NCBI RefSeq assembly: GCF_964355755.1
Contig: NC_092676.1
Location: 18,184,871 to 18,248,870 of the forward strand
DNA from: Antedon mediterranea
Taxonomy: Eukaryota > Animalia > Echinodermata
Length of the DNA: 64,000 nt
Reading direction: 5' to 3'
In this document: positions 47,601 through 59,957 of the stretch, piece after piece
Layout: each line of letters opens with the position of its first letter
Position numbering within the stretch: the first letter of the stretch is position 1
Made by a program: the position numbers and the translations under genes
The notes under the pieces: generated by a model
Told to the model about the DNA's origin: nothing
The model's database searches: none
Seen by the model: only the letters and a program-made list of their open reading frames with translations

Positions 47601-50547
47601 GCCATTATCATCATCATTTTCTTAATCATCAACATAGTTTATTTATCTATTTGTGCTGGTTGTTTGATGATGGAAAAGCAAGCCTGTGAGCTACAGCGAT
47701 TCTAATTGCTTTCGCTTATCCTTGTTCATTAGATTTCCAGCTTCCTGTCTTGTTTTTGTTTACCAATGCTTTAATGTAATGTGATTTGTTAAAGGATAAA
47801 TAAAGAATGAATGAATCTATAAATATTTCATCATATCCCCCTTATATGCCTCATATTCATTCATTCATTCATTGAATTTTCGGAATCTGTGGTCCATAGA
47901 AAGTAAAATTACATATAAATTAATTAAAAAGACTGTACTAATTATTACTACTTATCTCATTGTCGCTACTATAGCATCACTATATTATTACGTCATAATT
48001 TTATTATTCTCATCACCCCATTATCAGTTATTAACAGTATTAACAGTAAATAACGTAATCATCATCAAACAGTTTTCTCTCATCGTTGTAAATTCTCCAT
48101 TCCCTCGATTAAAACATTCATTTAAACCATTGTAAATGGGTAATTAACACACTTATTATTATCATTGTACATTTTCCATAAAGTCAAGGTTCTCTCAATT
48201 AACATTTTTCCACTATAGGATATGATATGCATTTTGTTTTTCTTTTCAAATTTTCCATTACGTTTTCTCAATAAAAAACACTCATAATGGAGGTATTATT
48301 CGTCATTGTAAATTTTCCGTTACGTTTTCTCAACACTCGCATAATTTTAAATTGCATCTGTATATTTTCATCACAAATTTTCCATTACGTCTTCTCAATA
48401 AAAACACTCATAATGCAGGTATTGTTCGTCATTGTAAATTTTCCGTTACGTTTTCTCAACACTCGCATAAGTGTAAATTTGCATCTGTATATTTTCATCA
48501 CAAATTTTCCATTACGTTTTCTCAATAAAAAAAAACTCATAATGGAAGTATTACTCGTCATTGCAATTTTCGGTTACGTTTTCTAAATGAAAAGCATTGA
48601 TTGTTGTTTTTGCACATTTTCCATTTCATTTTCTCAATGAAAATACTCACACTGTATTTTAGGTGCATTTGCATCTGCGTATTTCATCACAAAATTTCCA
48701 TTACGTTTTAAATTCAATTAATTCTATTGGTTTCCATAACTGAATGATAGGATTATTATTTATTATAGTCAATCGGATTTGATGGCTGAATTTTTGGCAG
48801 CGTTCCATAAACTCTGCGGTAAAGGGAAATTCCCTAATTACGTAATCAAATTTCTGCACATACGGTATGTCAAACTGTGCTGCGGTACTAAGTATTCGAT
48901 TATTATTCAATAATTATTGAATGCTGGAAGCCTTTCAATTAAACCAGAAGATTTGTAATACAATAAAAACCGACTTTCGAACAAGCAAGAATGCTGTATA
49001 ATAACCGTTGTTTATCGAAAAAGCATTTAATAAATGTCTAAATAGTTGATATCCACAGAAATGTTCTCAACTTTTTGTTTAAGAGCATGTGTAATGTCTT
49101 TTGTGACAATTAGAAATAATTCAATCGTGCAAAAGTTGTTCTTGGATTGTATCATTATCTGTTTATTGTTATCGAGATTAACAAATTATCCATTGAAACA
49201 ATGACAAATATCAACAAAAAGAACTAACGCGTTGCATGATATGTGTTTGAAAAGAGTGGTGGTGGGAGAAATAAAGTAGTGTTTGTGTTGCGTCTCTAGT
49301 GGAAACCAAGAGTATCAACAAGAAAGGGTGTTCTAATCGCGATATTTCTTGTCGGGACCCCTCATGAAACGTCACGAAATAAACATGAATATTTCTTAGG
49401 CATATCCATAAGGTGTGACGTAAGAACTACAATTCGCGTTGCATGATATGTCTTTGAAAAGAGTGGTGGTGGGAGAAATAATGTAGTGTTTGTGTTGCGT
49501 CTCTAGTGGAAACCAAGAGTATCAACAAGAAAGGGTGTTCTAATCGCGATATTTCTTGTCGGGACCCCTCATGAAACGTCACGAAATAAACATGAATATT
49601 TCTTAGGCATATCCATAAGGTGTGACGTAAGAACTACAATTCGCGTTGCATGATATGTCTTTGAAAAGAGTGGTGGTGGGAGAAATAATGTAGTGTTTGT
49701 GTTGCGTCTCTAGTGGAAACCAAGAGTATCAACAAGAAAGGGTGTTCTAATCGCGATATTTCTTGTCGTACATAAGTTGGGGACCCCTCATGAAACGTCA
49801 CGAAATAAACATGAATATTCCTTAGGCATATCCATAAGGTGTGACGTAAGAACTACAATTCGCTAATGCAAACGCTTTTCGTCGAGCCGTCTGTGTAGTC
49901 GAGTGGATTAGACTATGGACTTTGTATGTCGGGTTCGAATCCTATTAGCCATTTCTTTTTACTTTATAGTGAGAAAGATTATTTAGGGGGTTAGGTTAAG
50001 TTATATTTAGGAAGTAGCTCGGCTATCTTTCACATAAGGAGTCCTCAACTTATGTACGAAAAATAAATCGCGTCCTGGCCTTACCTGAATAGCGGATATG
50101 TATCAACAAAGCTAGTACGCTCTTCTAGATCTTTTTGTTGGCTAAGCTGTAAAGATCGACTGTAAAGATCTTTGTTTACAATGATTACGTGCATTTTAGA
50201 ATCACTTATCACAGATGCATTCCTAGTGTTACTCTTTTTTATGAGAGCTAATTCTCCAAAACTTAATCCAGCACTATCTGTAACGAAAAAAAAACACCAA
50301 ACCAAGACAATTATTATATATGATTTATCATTTTGGTGCAAAAAATAAGAAACCACATTCGCTGCATGAAACATTCAATCTATGATCTCTACACATATTG
50401 CTTAATGTATATAACAATGTTGTCTGCAGCTCAACCCTTATTAAAAAGCTTTTAAAGCATTTATAGAAAACAGGGGCGAGTGACATGTTTTAGAATTACT
50501 CGTCATAAAAATCCTTGAGAAATGCCATCATTCTCGTCACATCACGT

Positions 50548-50606
<59 letters not shown>

Positions 50607-52794
50607 AAACGATCATTATCATCATCATTATCAACATTTCATCAATATTTACCTAGTGTTCTTATATAAGAGCCATATACTGTTCTATTAAGTTTGGTCT
50701 TCACTGCTTCAGTATAATCAGTTGTATCTGCTGCTGCTCCTCTTCCTCCCCCTCGTTCCCTGTGGCCTTCTCGATCATCATTCAAGGCTTCTGTATCCCC
50801 ATCGTCGCTGTCGTCATCATTTGTATATTTAATATAAATTGATACCGTACCACGCAATATTATATAAAAGCTGAATAAAGAATGTTTTAATTAATATTAT
50901 TAATAGTGTGTGTTTTGTTGTTTTATTTTATTCTAAACGTACTCACTGTACACACAGTAAATTCTGCATTTGGCAAAACTTAACACTTCAAATGGACATG
51001 AAAGAATCTCCCCTTCCCTCGTTTTACCAATACATTGTATCATATAAAACAATATCTCATTGTGAATTACTAAATCTGCGGTTGGTTTATCCACTTTTCT
51101 TATTCGATTTACTTCATTGATAGGCCTTTATCCTTTGTTTCGCAGATCGTTTCTTCTGTACAGACATAAGACTAATTTTTCATTGTAATTAATTTTCTTT
51201 TGATTTGGTCCCATAAATAACAATCTACTAAACACATTCTTAACTTCACTCTTCTGGTCTTAATCAGTCGGTATATAAAAAGCAATCAGTATTAACAATA
51301 AATGAAATGCCTACACTGTTAAGTAGATTGACAAACAAAATTAAACAATATGTGCACGGTTTCTTCCTGCCTCTATTAAGTATGTGTATTTCAGTATTCT
51401 GATTCATATTGACTTTAGGTCTAATGTTTGTTTTCATGAAACAATTCCTCAATTAAATTGGTGCGCAAATTAATTCCATTAACAGTATGAAGTATCAAAA
51501 CAAAACATTGATTGAACATTATAGCATTGCTTTTACTTTTAAAAATATATAAGAGCATTATTATATCCTGTCGTGGAGCAGGCAGGTTTTTTAAACTCGT
51601 TATATAAAATGCGCATGCGTAAATATTCAAAAACATATCTTTTCTTCCGATCCGATGGCGCGATGTGAGCCACGTGTTATATCGTGTGTCCTAGGCTAAC
51701 TACAGTAGTAGGTCTTGGCCTAGTATAACTAGTCATGGCCCATGCCCAGGCCAAATTAATTCTGACTAAATTGGTAAAATCTATGAATTATAATTGCATG
51801 TTTTGAATATCAGATGTCTATGTGGTTAGCTTTTAAGTAGGCCATCTTACTAACTAGAATGGCATAGCTAGCCCTAGCTAAAGTAATAGGCCTAGTTTAG
51901 TCAATACTGCTGCTGTATGTAGGCCTATTGATGGAGGTAATTTATACTCCATGGTATGTAGACCGGCCATTCGTGATTATTCATTTACAGACTGACGTGT
52001 AAATCGCGTTTGAAAACGTTATATCGTTTTAACCATCTATTAAAATAGCTGATCAAAAAAACCTATCAAAACAGACCTTTATTAGTTATGGTATTCTACG
52101 GTAAAACTATTGTAATAATTATTAACTGACCTATGACCTTCATCTCCTTGTCGAATTATTACGTGATCTGGCTCAAATTCTCTGAACTCGCAGTTTCGAA
52201 TAATATCCTTTAATGTTTCTGGAAATACGTAAATTATTTAATTAACACGAGTATTTTAAATGTAGGCCTATAAATTGACACTTTACGGATGTTTTCTGAA
52301 ATATACCTCTATATCGGTAGCCATTTAGGCACGTCTAAAAAGGGTGATGAGTTGAGTGAAGTCGGTGATTAGTAGTATACCTTTAAAGATATTATTATTA
52401 TTACTATAAATTAATATCTCTACTGGCCTACCACACGATTTAATTACATCAATTGTCCAGAGTATGTTGTAATTTATTTTGAAATCATTGACGTAACATT
52501 CGGTATTCTGTATTTTTGGTGTCTTTATAGGGCAAAAAACTGGCATTATTATTATGCTATGCAATGAATGCGAGCGAGGCATGCAAGTATCTAGTTAAGT
52601 TGCCTTGTTAACAACAGTAAGGCATGCCACACTTTTAACTAAATTATTCGTTTGAGGCCTATACCTGTCTTTAATTTCTTGAATATGTCTGACTTTAATT
52701 TGAACCAAGGCACAAGAATGTTGATGTCTTTTTCCTGGCGTGCATGGGGGTGCGCCGACAACACACTCACCACTTTCTCGTACATGTGCGACAT
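41650..52794 (-). CDS. Cyclic nucleotide-binding domain-containing protein (CNBD1/CNBD2-like), about 705 aa, 10 coding exons
   Basis: Phase-consistent exons: 52794-52665, 52218-52131, 50870-50653, 50277-50085, 47490-47293, 47122-47016, 46488-46289, 45830-45154, 43840-43657, 41772-41650. Two cNMP-binding repeats: VIIRQGDEGHSFYIILRGTVSI...SFGELALI..NTRNASVI, and LVRQGDPVNALYFI...GDIAGDIE. A long Ser-rich tail follows. The ATG sits directly after an acceptor, so upstream exon(s) exist. Confidence 0.85.
43129..43525. repeat. About 79-bp degenerate tandem repeat, about 5 copies
   Basis: Recurrent GTTAATGG.GTATCCGGAATTGTACTG...AAACATTTGAACCGTATCCGAGGAGG. Confidence 0.85.
48249..48710. repeat. 127-bp tandem repeat with internal AATTTTCC(A/G)TTACGTTTTCTCAA subrepeats
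   Basis: Units start at about 48249, 48376 and 48503, followed by a degenerate tail. Confidence 0.8.
49228..49863. repeat. 207-bp tandem triplication
   Basis: Units start at 49228, 49435 and 49642. The third unit carries 12 extra bp (TACATAAGTTGG). Confidence 0.95.
49752..50072. mobile_element. TIR element containing a tRNA-like A/B-box cassette
   Basis: The left arm CGCGATATTTCTTGTCGTACATAAGTTGGGGACCCCTCATGAAA matches the reverse complement of 50028-50072. Inside are TAGTCGAGTGG, GGTTCGAATCC and a T-run. Confidence 0.7.
50549..50632. repeat. (CAT)n microsatellite
   Basis: About 19 perfect CAT units followed by degenerate units. Confidence 0.95.
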
Positions 52795-55700
52795 CTGAAA
52801 TATACAATTGTTAAAAACATAAATTAATAATATTCATTTTTAGAATGTAAATTATAAACCAACGTGTTGAATCCGGAATGAGAAAAAAGGTATGATTTAT
52901 AAAAATCGTCTACATTATACTTTCTCACCATAAGTCTATAAATCAGCACGTAGTATTGAAGATTTTACGTGCTCAATAAATACATTATGTTATCTAAACT
53001 AAACATTTGAACTCTCCTCTGACATGCCCACTGCCTACTGTATTATACGCAGTAAAATAAAACCCCACCTTAGCCGGCTTTTTCCCAATTAATTTGCTAC
53101 GATGGTATGAGTGCGTATTTCCGATACTTCTGTGGTTTTTGTTATATACCAGAAGTAGTAAATATTTACATGAGATTAGGCTACATGTGATTACGAGCTG
53201 AGTCGTCCACTTGTTATTTAGGTTATGTATTTAATGCACTTAAGATACCTTATCAAACTTCCATCATATATAGGCCTAATACACACTTGATCAGAGTGAC
53301 CCTACCTGTAAGTCACTCAACTCGGATAACACCTAATCGATAAGAATTTGATTAAGACACGGGTGGATTCTTGTTTAGTGGTCATAGACAAAGGGGAGGG
53401 ATACATTTTGAAAAAGCACACTACAAAATATTAAATGGGTCTCTCATTTCAATATCCTAGATCCGCCACTGGCTTGTCATTATTGTCTATACTGTAGCGT
53501 GAACAGGAGCTCCACTCCAAGAGAACTTAAGCAGTAGCTCATCTGATGTTTATACAATTCATTTTGCCTTATTTGAGGTCTTATTTTATTTCTTTTAGTT
53601 AAAACAACATATTTAGAACTAAAAGGGCTCTCAGAGAGCGCAAACCATCCTTTAAAATCTTATGAAAATTGGGAAATAACTTTTTTAAGTAATCCTGCTA
53701 ACTAGCAAATATATAAACAAACACACGCGATCGACCGCCATTCTGGCGGATGTAATTACTAAAAGTCCATAGAAATTATATCAGAAAAAATCAATGTTTA
53801 CATGTAGCCGGAATGCTTATTTATGTTTTAATATTTTTTTTCAAAATGTATTTGGTCACGTGCTTTGTTTTACGCTTGTGGGTGGGCGGAATGACACGTA
53901 GATCACTGTTTTAGCAAACAATCACACATCATTTTGTACAAAAAACTCACAATAAGGCTAAACTATAACCATTAATTAATCAAGATAAAACGAGAATATC
54001 AAATCTGATTGCCCAAAAGTGTTTGCCAATTGCCATCTCCATGGAAAGTACATCATTCTATTATTGTTTATTATTTATCTCCATGGTTACATTAACAATT
54101 TATTAGCGATTATTTAATAGGCAATATATAAATAAGCCAGTAAATTGTTGTAAATAGGGACCTATATACAGCTTCTGATTGTCGTAAAATTGCCCATTAT
54201 TGCAGCTATGTAATCACGGCTATCTTCCGATAGTCTATTGTATATAAACGTATACGTAATCGTAAGCGTTTAAATTTGTAAATGGTAATTTTAAAAGCGT
54301 GTGGCCAGTATTTATAGCCTTCTAATATTCTATAAGTATAAGGGCCTCAAACATAGTTTCTATCGGTGGATATCAATTTTCTAGAAATAGCTCATAAAAT
54401 ACAGTACCGAATTTGAAAAACCCATTTACACAAAATACAGCTGTATGTTAATTTTGTACAGCCGTTATCATCAGTACGCCTCTCGTCTTTCCACTATTTT
54501 GAGCCATAATGGCCATTGGACGGAATGATTTTATGTTGCGTCTATGTAATTTTCAAGTTCCTTTTGATTTGTACAGTTTAGGCAAATCTATAATAAAGCA
54601 TATGATATCAAAATTGGTCTACAAAAAGCAGTAAATTCTGTCAGTATAGTTACACCTTTCTTTTATTGCCAGAAATAAAAAAAAAATTAAAAATAGAGAA
54701 TCAAATGCAGCTCTACATATAAATACTTGTGGGGGAAATTGGAACAAGCTAACAATGTGCAATATCATGAATTTAAAATATGAACACGTACTAAATTTAA
54801 ATAAATGTGTTGGTTATAAGTTAACAATGTTGGGGAAATGAGTAAGTTTCTATCCAAACCACTTATTGAAACTCTATACAAAACTAGGCCTACTATTGAA
54901 CCGTATTGATTAAGGAATTAAACTAGGGCCCTCGGGCATCTGCGTTACGCCACTGGATACCCTACGTCGTGTAAATCAAATTAAATTGGTCATTGATATA
55001 CATATTTACAACACTCGATTGGCAAAACCGTTAAATTGTGGTTATACCTAAGATCATTGTTGGTAAAACGAATATGTCATTACATAACGTTAACCATACC
55101 ATGTGAAATTATTTTAATGTATGTGCAATATTGTTATACAGTACTATGGCAATTGTTATGTGCTTCATTAAATTGATAACATGATCTATAGTTTAGTATA
55201 TTATATTATATTATATAACAATAAATTGTATATTAAAATACATATGCATTATAGAATGAATAAAGATGGGAGAGACCCATAGAAGAAAATTTAAAAAAAA
55301 CCCATAATATGTGACACTGTACTGTGAGCCTATATGTTACAGGCAAAACTTCGCTGTAGGCATGTAGTAGCATGGAGTATTCTTTACTCCATGGTAGTAG
55401 CCTAGGCCTACAATTTTGCTACAGCACAGAGAGAATCGTATAACAGGAGGAACTAATTCTAAATGAATATATCCTTTTAGTTCAATCTTATTATCAAAGA
55501 TATATGCAGTGGTAGCTAATAGAAAAATATATTTACGATTTCTTATCCATTCCAGATAAACAGTAAGTTTAAATTGTTGCCAGATAACTATGACAACGAT
55601 AGCCAAAGCAAACATGATACAATTAATTTTGATTTAAGGATTAATCACCAAGTCAATAAAGATATAGGCCTAGTTTTAAATTAAACAACACATTGAAAAT

Positions 55701-56479
55701 TAGAACTTAATATAAATATACCAGGTCATTTCTATAGGCACTGACAAAGTGGTTCGAAGTACAATACTCACTTAAAGATGTTTTAAAAAAGATAAATGAA
55801 ATAAACTTTGAATAGCTCATTTTGTCCGTTATTCCCTTCAACATTAAAATGGCATATTCAACACATTTATAAAATTAGTTTTCAGGAAAATAATCTTTAA
55901 GATTTGTTAATTAGGGCATATTGCATTTAAAAAAGATGCTGCTTGCTACGTATTATTAGGCGTTGACAAAGGAGGTGGGAGTATGAACGTTTCCACTGTT
56001 TTTTTAAATTGAAAAATAACATCTTGTGAGGCTTTACATACAGTGTAAAGGATTTGTACAATAATGTTATACAAGGACATCTTCCACGAAACGTGTTTAA
56101 CCTTATGCCCCAGACCAATAGGATTACACCGTATAGTTTGGACCCAAAAATCAGGCGTCTATAAATTAGTAATCACAGACAAAAACATTATGAAAAGTAA
56201 TTTATTTTCATTAAAATTAAAAAGTGCAAAATGTTGAAAATGTATTGGGGATGTACGGTCTATTAAAATGATTAGATGTCAATGTTAACGTTTTACTTGC
56301 GTCATTAGGAAGCTTTTTTAAAGTTTCTAAAAATAAACCAATTGTAACAAAGGAAGATTTAATAGTCTTCCAATCCATCACCAAAAATAACATATCTTTT
56401 TATTTTATATGTCATACGCATCCAATAGCGAGCACAAACTCGCCAATTACAGGATGGATAAACTATTTTATGATATAAT

Positions 56480-56652
56480 AACTAAATCTCTTTTGAGGCT
56501 TAGAGAGTGGAGTTGAAAGAGTGGTGAGTTACAACCCTGGACTAGGTCAGGATTGAACCCTGGACTAGGTCAGGATTGAACCCTGGACTAGGTCAGGATT
56601 GAACTCTGGACCATAAGATTTGAAGGCAAGCACGTTAACCACCAAGCTAAAG
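56480..56652 (-). mobile_element. tRNA-derived SINE with triplicated B box (family also at about 5795-6010, + strand)
   Basis: Minus strand reads TAGCTTGGTGG (A box) then GAGTTCAATCC/GGTTCAATCC (B box). The 23-bp unit AACCCTGGACTAGGTCAGGATTG occurs three times. The body CAACTCCACTC..AAG is shared with position 5893. Confidence 0.6.
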
Positions 56653-58628
56653 CTACACTACGCAAGTCCAATATGCAAGTCTTCGTAAAAAAAAAAGATC
56701 GAATAATTGCATACACGATATATTTTATATATTGGAAAAATATTTATACAGTATTTTATATTCATCAATCCACCGCTTACATCTTGATGACTACACAATT
56801 CCATTTAAAAAGGAGGCTCTCGGATTTTGGCCGCGCAAAGTAGAGCAGTAATAGACGGCACATCCAGAGGTTGCTTTTCGATACCGTATAACCAGCCTAC
56901 AGCGTCGCACACACATTGTTTACAAAAACCTTGCCGTGCAATAGAACCATTGATTAGAACTTTTATCCTGCAATAGTATTAATAGCGTTGTTGAGGCAAC
57001 ACATAAACACTATATCTAAAACATTCTCACAAAACGAGTTCTATTATTTATTTTTGGATAAATGTGGAACGAACCCACGAAAGACAACACAAAAATAGAA
57101 AAATGTACCATGTGCTGTAGCATTGCGAACTTAAAGGTTTGTCCTATGGAAAATTACGGTACTCCTCCAGACAGTGACTACACTCATACGTCATCAGTGA
57201 GAAGACCTTCATGTCATTAATAACCTCGAACATCTTTGACCTATTTACACGTTAATAATATAATTTCATTAGCTTGTTGAATATATTACTTTGACAAGGA
57301 CATCGCGTTGAGTAGGTTTTAAAAGTATTTTAAATTAAACATAATGTGGCGTTTAGACTATTTATTGTTGCTATTTATCATCATTATTATTAACGATGCA
57401 TACATAAATAATAATTAATATTAGTATTATTATTATTATTATTAATTATTATAATTATATTAAATTATATTAGTGCAATTACCTTATTCTCAAACCTGTG
57501 AGTGTTTTTTCTACTGATACGGTAATAATACCTGTTTTATGAAACGGTTAAAATGCATAAATATGTATTATTAATACGATATTTTACGGTACTTACAGGA
57601 CACTTAAGATTTTACGCCTATAACAGCTTTCATTTCCTATAAGGGACCTTCATGTCGAGTGCTGAGGTAACCCCCTACTTTTCCGAAAGATTCACTGATT
57701 TCACACAACACAAGCTAGAGCTGCAACTCCCTGGTCATTGTGAACCTGTGGGGATCCCTGTCCTAACCACTCACCCGCAATATAATGCTTTTAACATTTC
57801 CATCTAATTTTGATAATGTCTTCGTTGATCGAGTAAACTAAGGACCCTAACCATTCATGAACATATCTAATCGCAGTATTTTAGTTATTTCAGATAGTGT
57901 AACCGCAAATTATGATATCAACGCTATTAAAAAGCAATATTTAAACTATTCAACTCACATAATTTAATAATCGTTTACAATCGTAGGGTTGGCTACGTGA
58001 CTGCAACCGGGACTTTGTTGGCTAATACCAATGGGAAAATTAATGAGGCGTTATCTCTCATCCTAAAATCGTCTTCCCTGGTCACGATTTTTTCACCATA
58101 AATAAACAAATAGGAAATTGTTTCCAATTAATATTGTTTTCTCCTTCAGAATCTTCTACACGTAAATCAAAACAACGTATTATTAAAATTAAACTTTCAA
58201 TTTGAATTTCGAATGGTAATTGAAGTGGTTTAGATGATGTATCTACTTAGACTTGACTACTGTGTGTACAATTATAAGGACAATGTCAAAATGAATAGTT
58301 GTTTCTATTCCTCCTAAGGTAATAGAAAATAAATCGTACTTACTGTCTTGTATATTCCGATCCTAGATTGATATCAGAGTCAGATGATTGTCGTCATAAA
58401 AACTTGCAATATAGGCATATTATGCTCATCATTGGCTTAATACGTTGCTTTGAATTGGTTCATTGTGCTTTCGCGAGCAAGTTTAATATCGTCGCCAAAG
58501 CAAATGGACTTCGTTCGTGGTTTCGAGAGGCTATTCAAAGATAAGACCATGACGCAATAATGGTCATCAGTGGTCATTTAATTATTAAAAGTCAACGCAC
58601 GTCTAAAATGCACTAACAATACGTTTAA

Positions 58629-58975
58629 AGGTGTATTGTTCCCCCAAAAACATGAATGAAGATTAATTAAATCAGACTTTGAATATGTTATTTTGTTATT
58701 GTAATAAAGTCAATCACTTCCGTAGAAAGAAAATTGAGAAAAAAATGTTTTTACTTATAAAATGACAAAATAAATGGTAACATTAAAGCAAAAACCCATT
58801 GGCTGGCAGCAAATTTGACAATTTTTGCTTTAAATTACAGTTTTTTTTAGGTAAATATCTTTTTTTTAAATCCAGTTTTCGGTCTATTATTTATTATTAC
58901 TATTGTATTACATTAAATTGGCATATTCAACAAAAAGTTTGTTAAGAATTATTTTTTCAGGGGGACAATACATCT
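58629..58975. mobile_element. Kolobok-like MITE family copy (reverse)
   Basis: TTAA|AGGTGTATTGTTCCCC ... GGGGACAATACATCT|TTAA. Confidence 0.75.
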
Positions 58976-59613
58976 TTAAGAGAATTGCAAATGGTGTGGA
59001 AATCAGAGTGTTTGGAATAATTATTAGCCAATATCTAAAGACCAGTTCACACTGTAATGTTGACGCGGGTACGTTTGATATAAGACATCCGGGTTGTTAT
59101 GCTTACATATTAAATAGAGAGAACTAACAGTAGGAAATCGTATACTAAAATGATCCATCTATGAACGAGTTGGTATATTCACATTTCCTGGAAAGATAGA
59201 TTAAAAAATTAAAACACCGAATTAATTTTCATAAATACCCCCATAATAAAATTCATAATATACTTTCATAATACATTTTCATGCACATATTAGGTCTTAT
59301 AGGGTGGCAAATAAGGTACCTTAATTAGGACCGCAGTCACTCATTTAACTGAAACCTAATATAAGCCCTCGTGTATATTTTAGCCGTTATCTTCTCATCA
59401 GAGTTTCGTCAGCCCTAATGGCTACAATTTATGTATTTATTATTTAATAGTATATTTACTAAGCGGTGTAACTCTTCGTAGTCTGTTACGATTTAGGATG
59501 TTTGGACGGTTGACCCTCATTGATAGGATCCCCGAACCAGGAAAAAAAGAATGAGCCTAGGTATCTACGAATATGTCAAAGGTCATAAACTAGCCGGTTA
59601 TTGCAAGAGTTAA

Positions 59614-59957
59614 AGATGCATTGTTCCCCTGAGAAAATAATTCTTAACAACATTTTTGTAGAATATTCAATTTTAATGTAACATATAATACTTATCCACT
59701 TTGACCAGAAATTGGATTGAAACCTGTAATTTAAGAGAAAAATGGTGGTTTTATCAATGTTATTGACTGGCAGCCAATGGGTTTTAAATTGAATTTAACC
59801 ATTTATTTTGTCATTTTATAAGTAAAAACATTGTTGTTCTTTTTTGTTTTTTTTTTTTCTACGGAAGTGATTAACTTTATTAAAACTACAAAATACCATA
59901 TTTTAAGTCTAATTTAATTAATTTTTATTTTTCATGTTTTTGGAGGACAATACATCT
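59614..59957. mobile_element. Kolobok-like MITE family copy
   Basis: TTAA|AGATGCATTGTTCCCC ... GGAGGACAATACATCT|TTAA. It is inverted relative to the copy about 640 bp upstream. Confidence 0.75.

Noticed and set aside
49228-49863. CRISPR-like array
   Set aside because: The units are identical over their full length with no unique spacers. The context is a eukaryotic intron and there are no cas genes.
49886-49960. tRNA gene
   Set aside because: A and B boxes are present, but there is no acceptor stem pairing and the anticodon arm is too short. It lies inside a TIR element.
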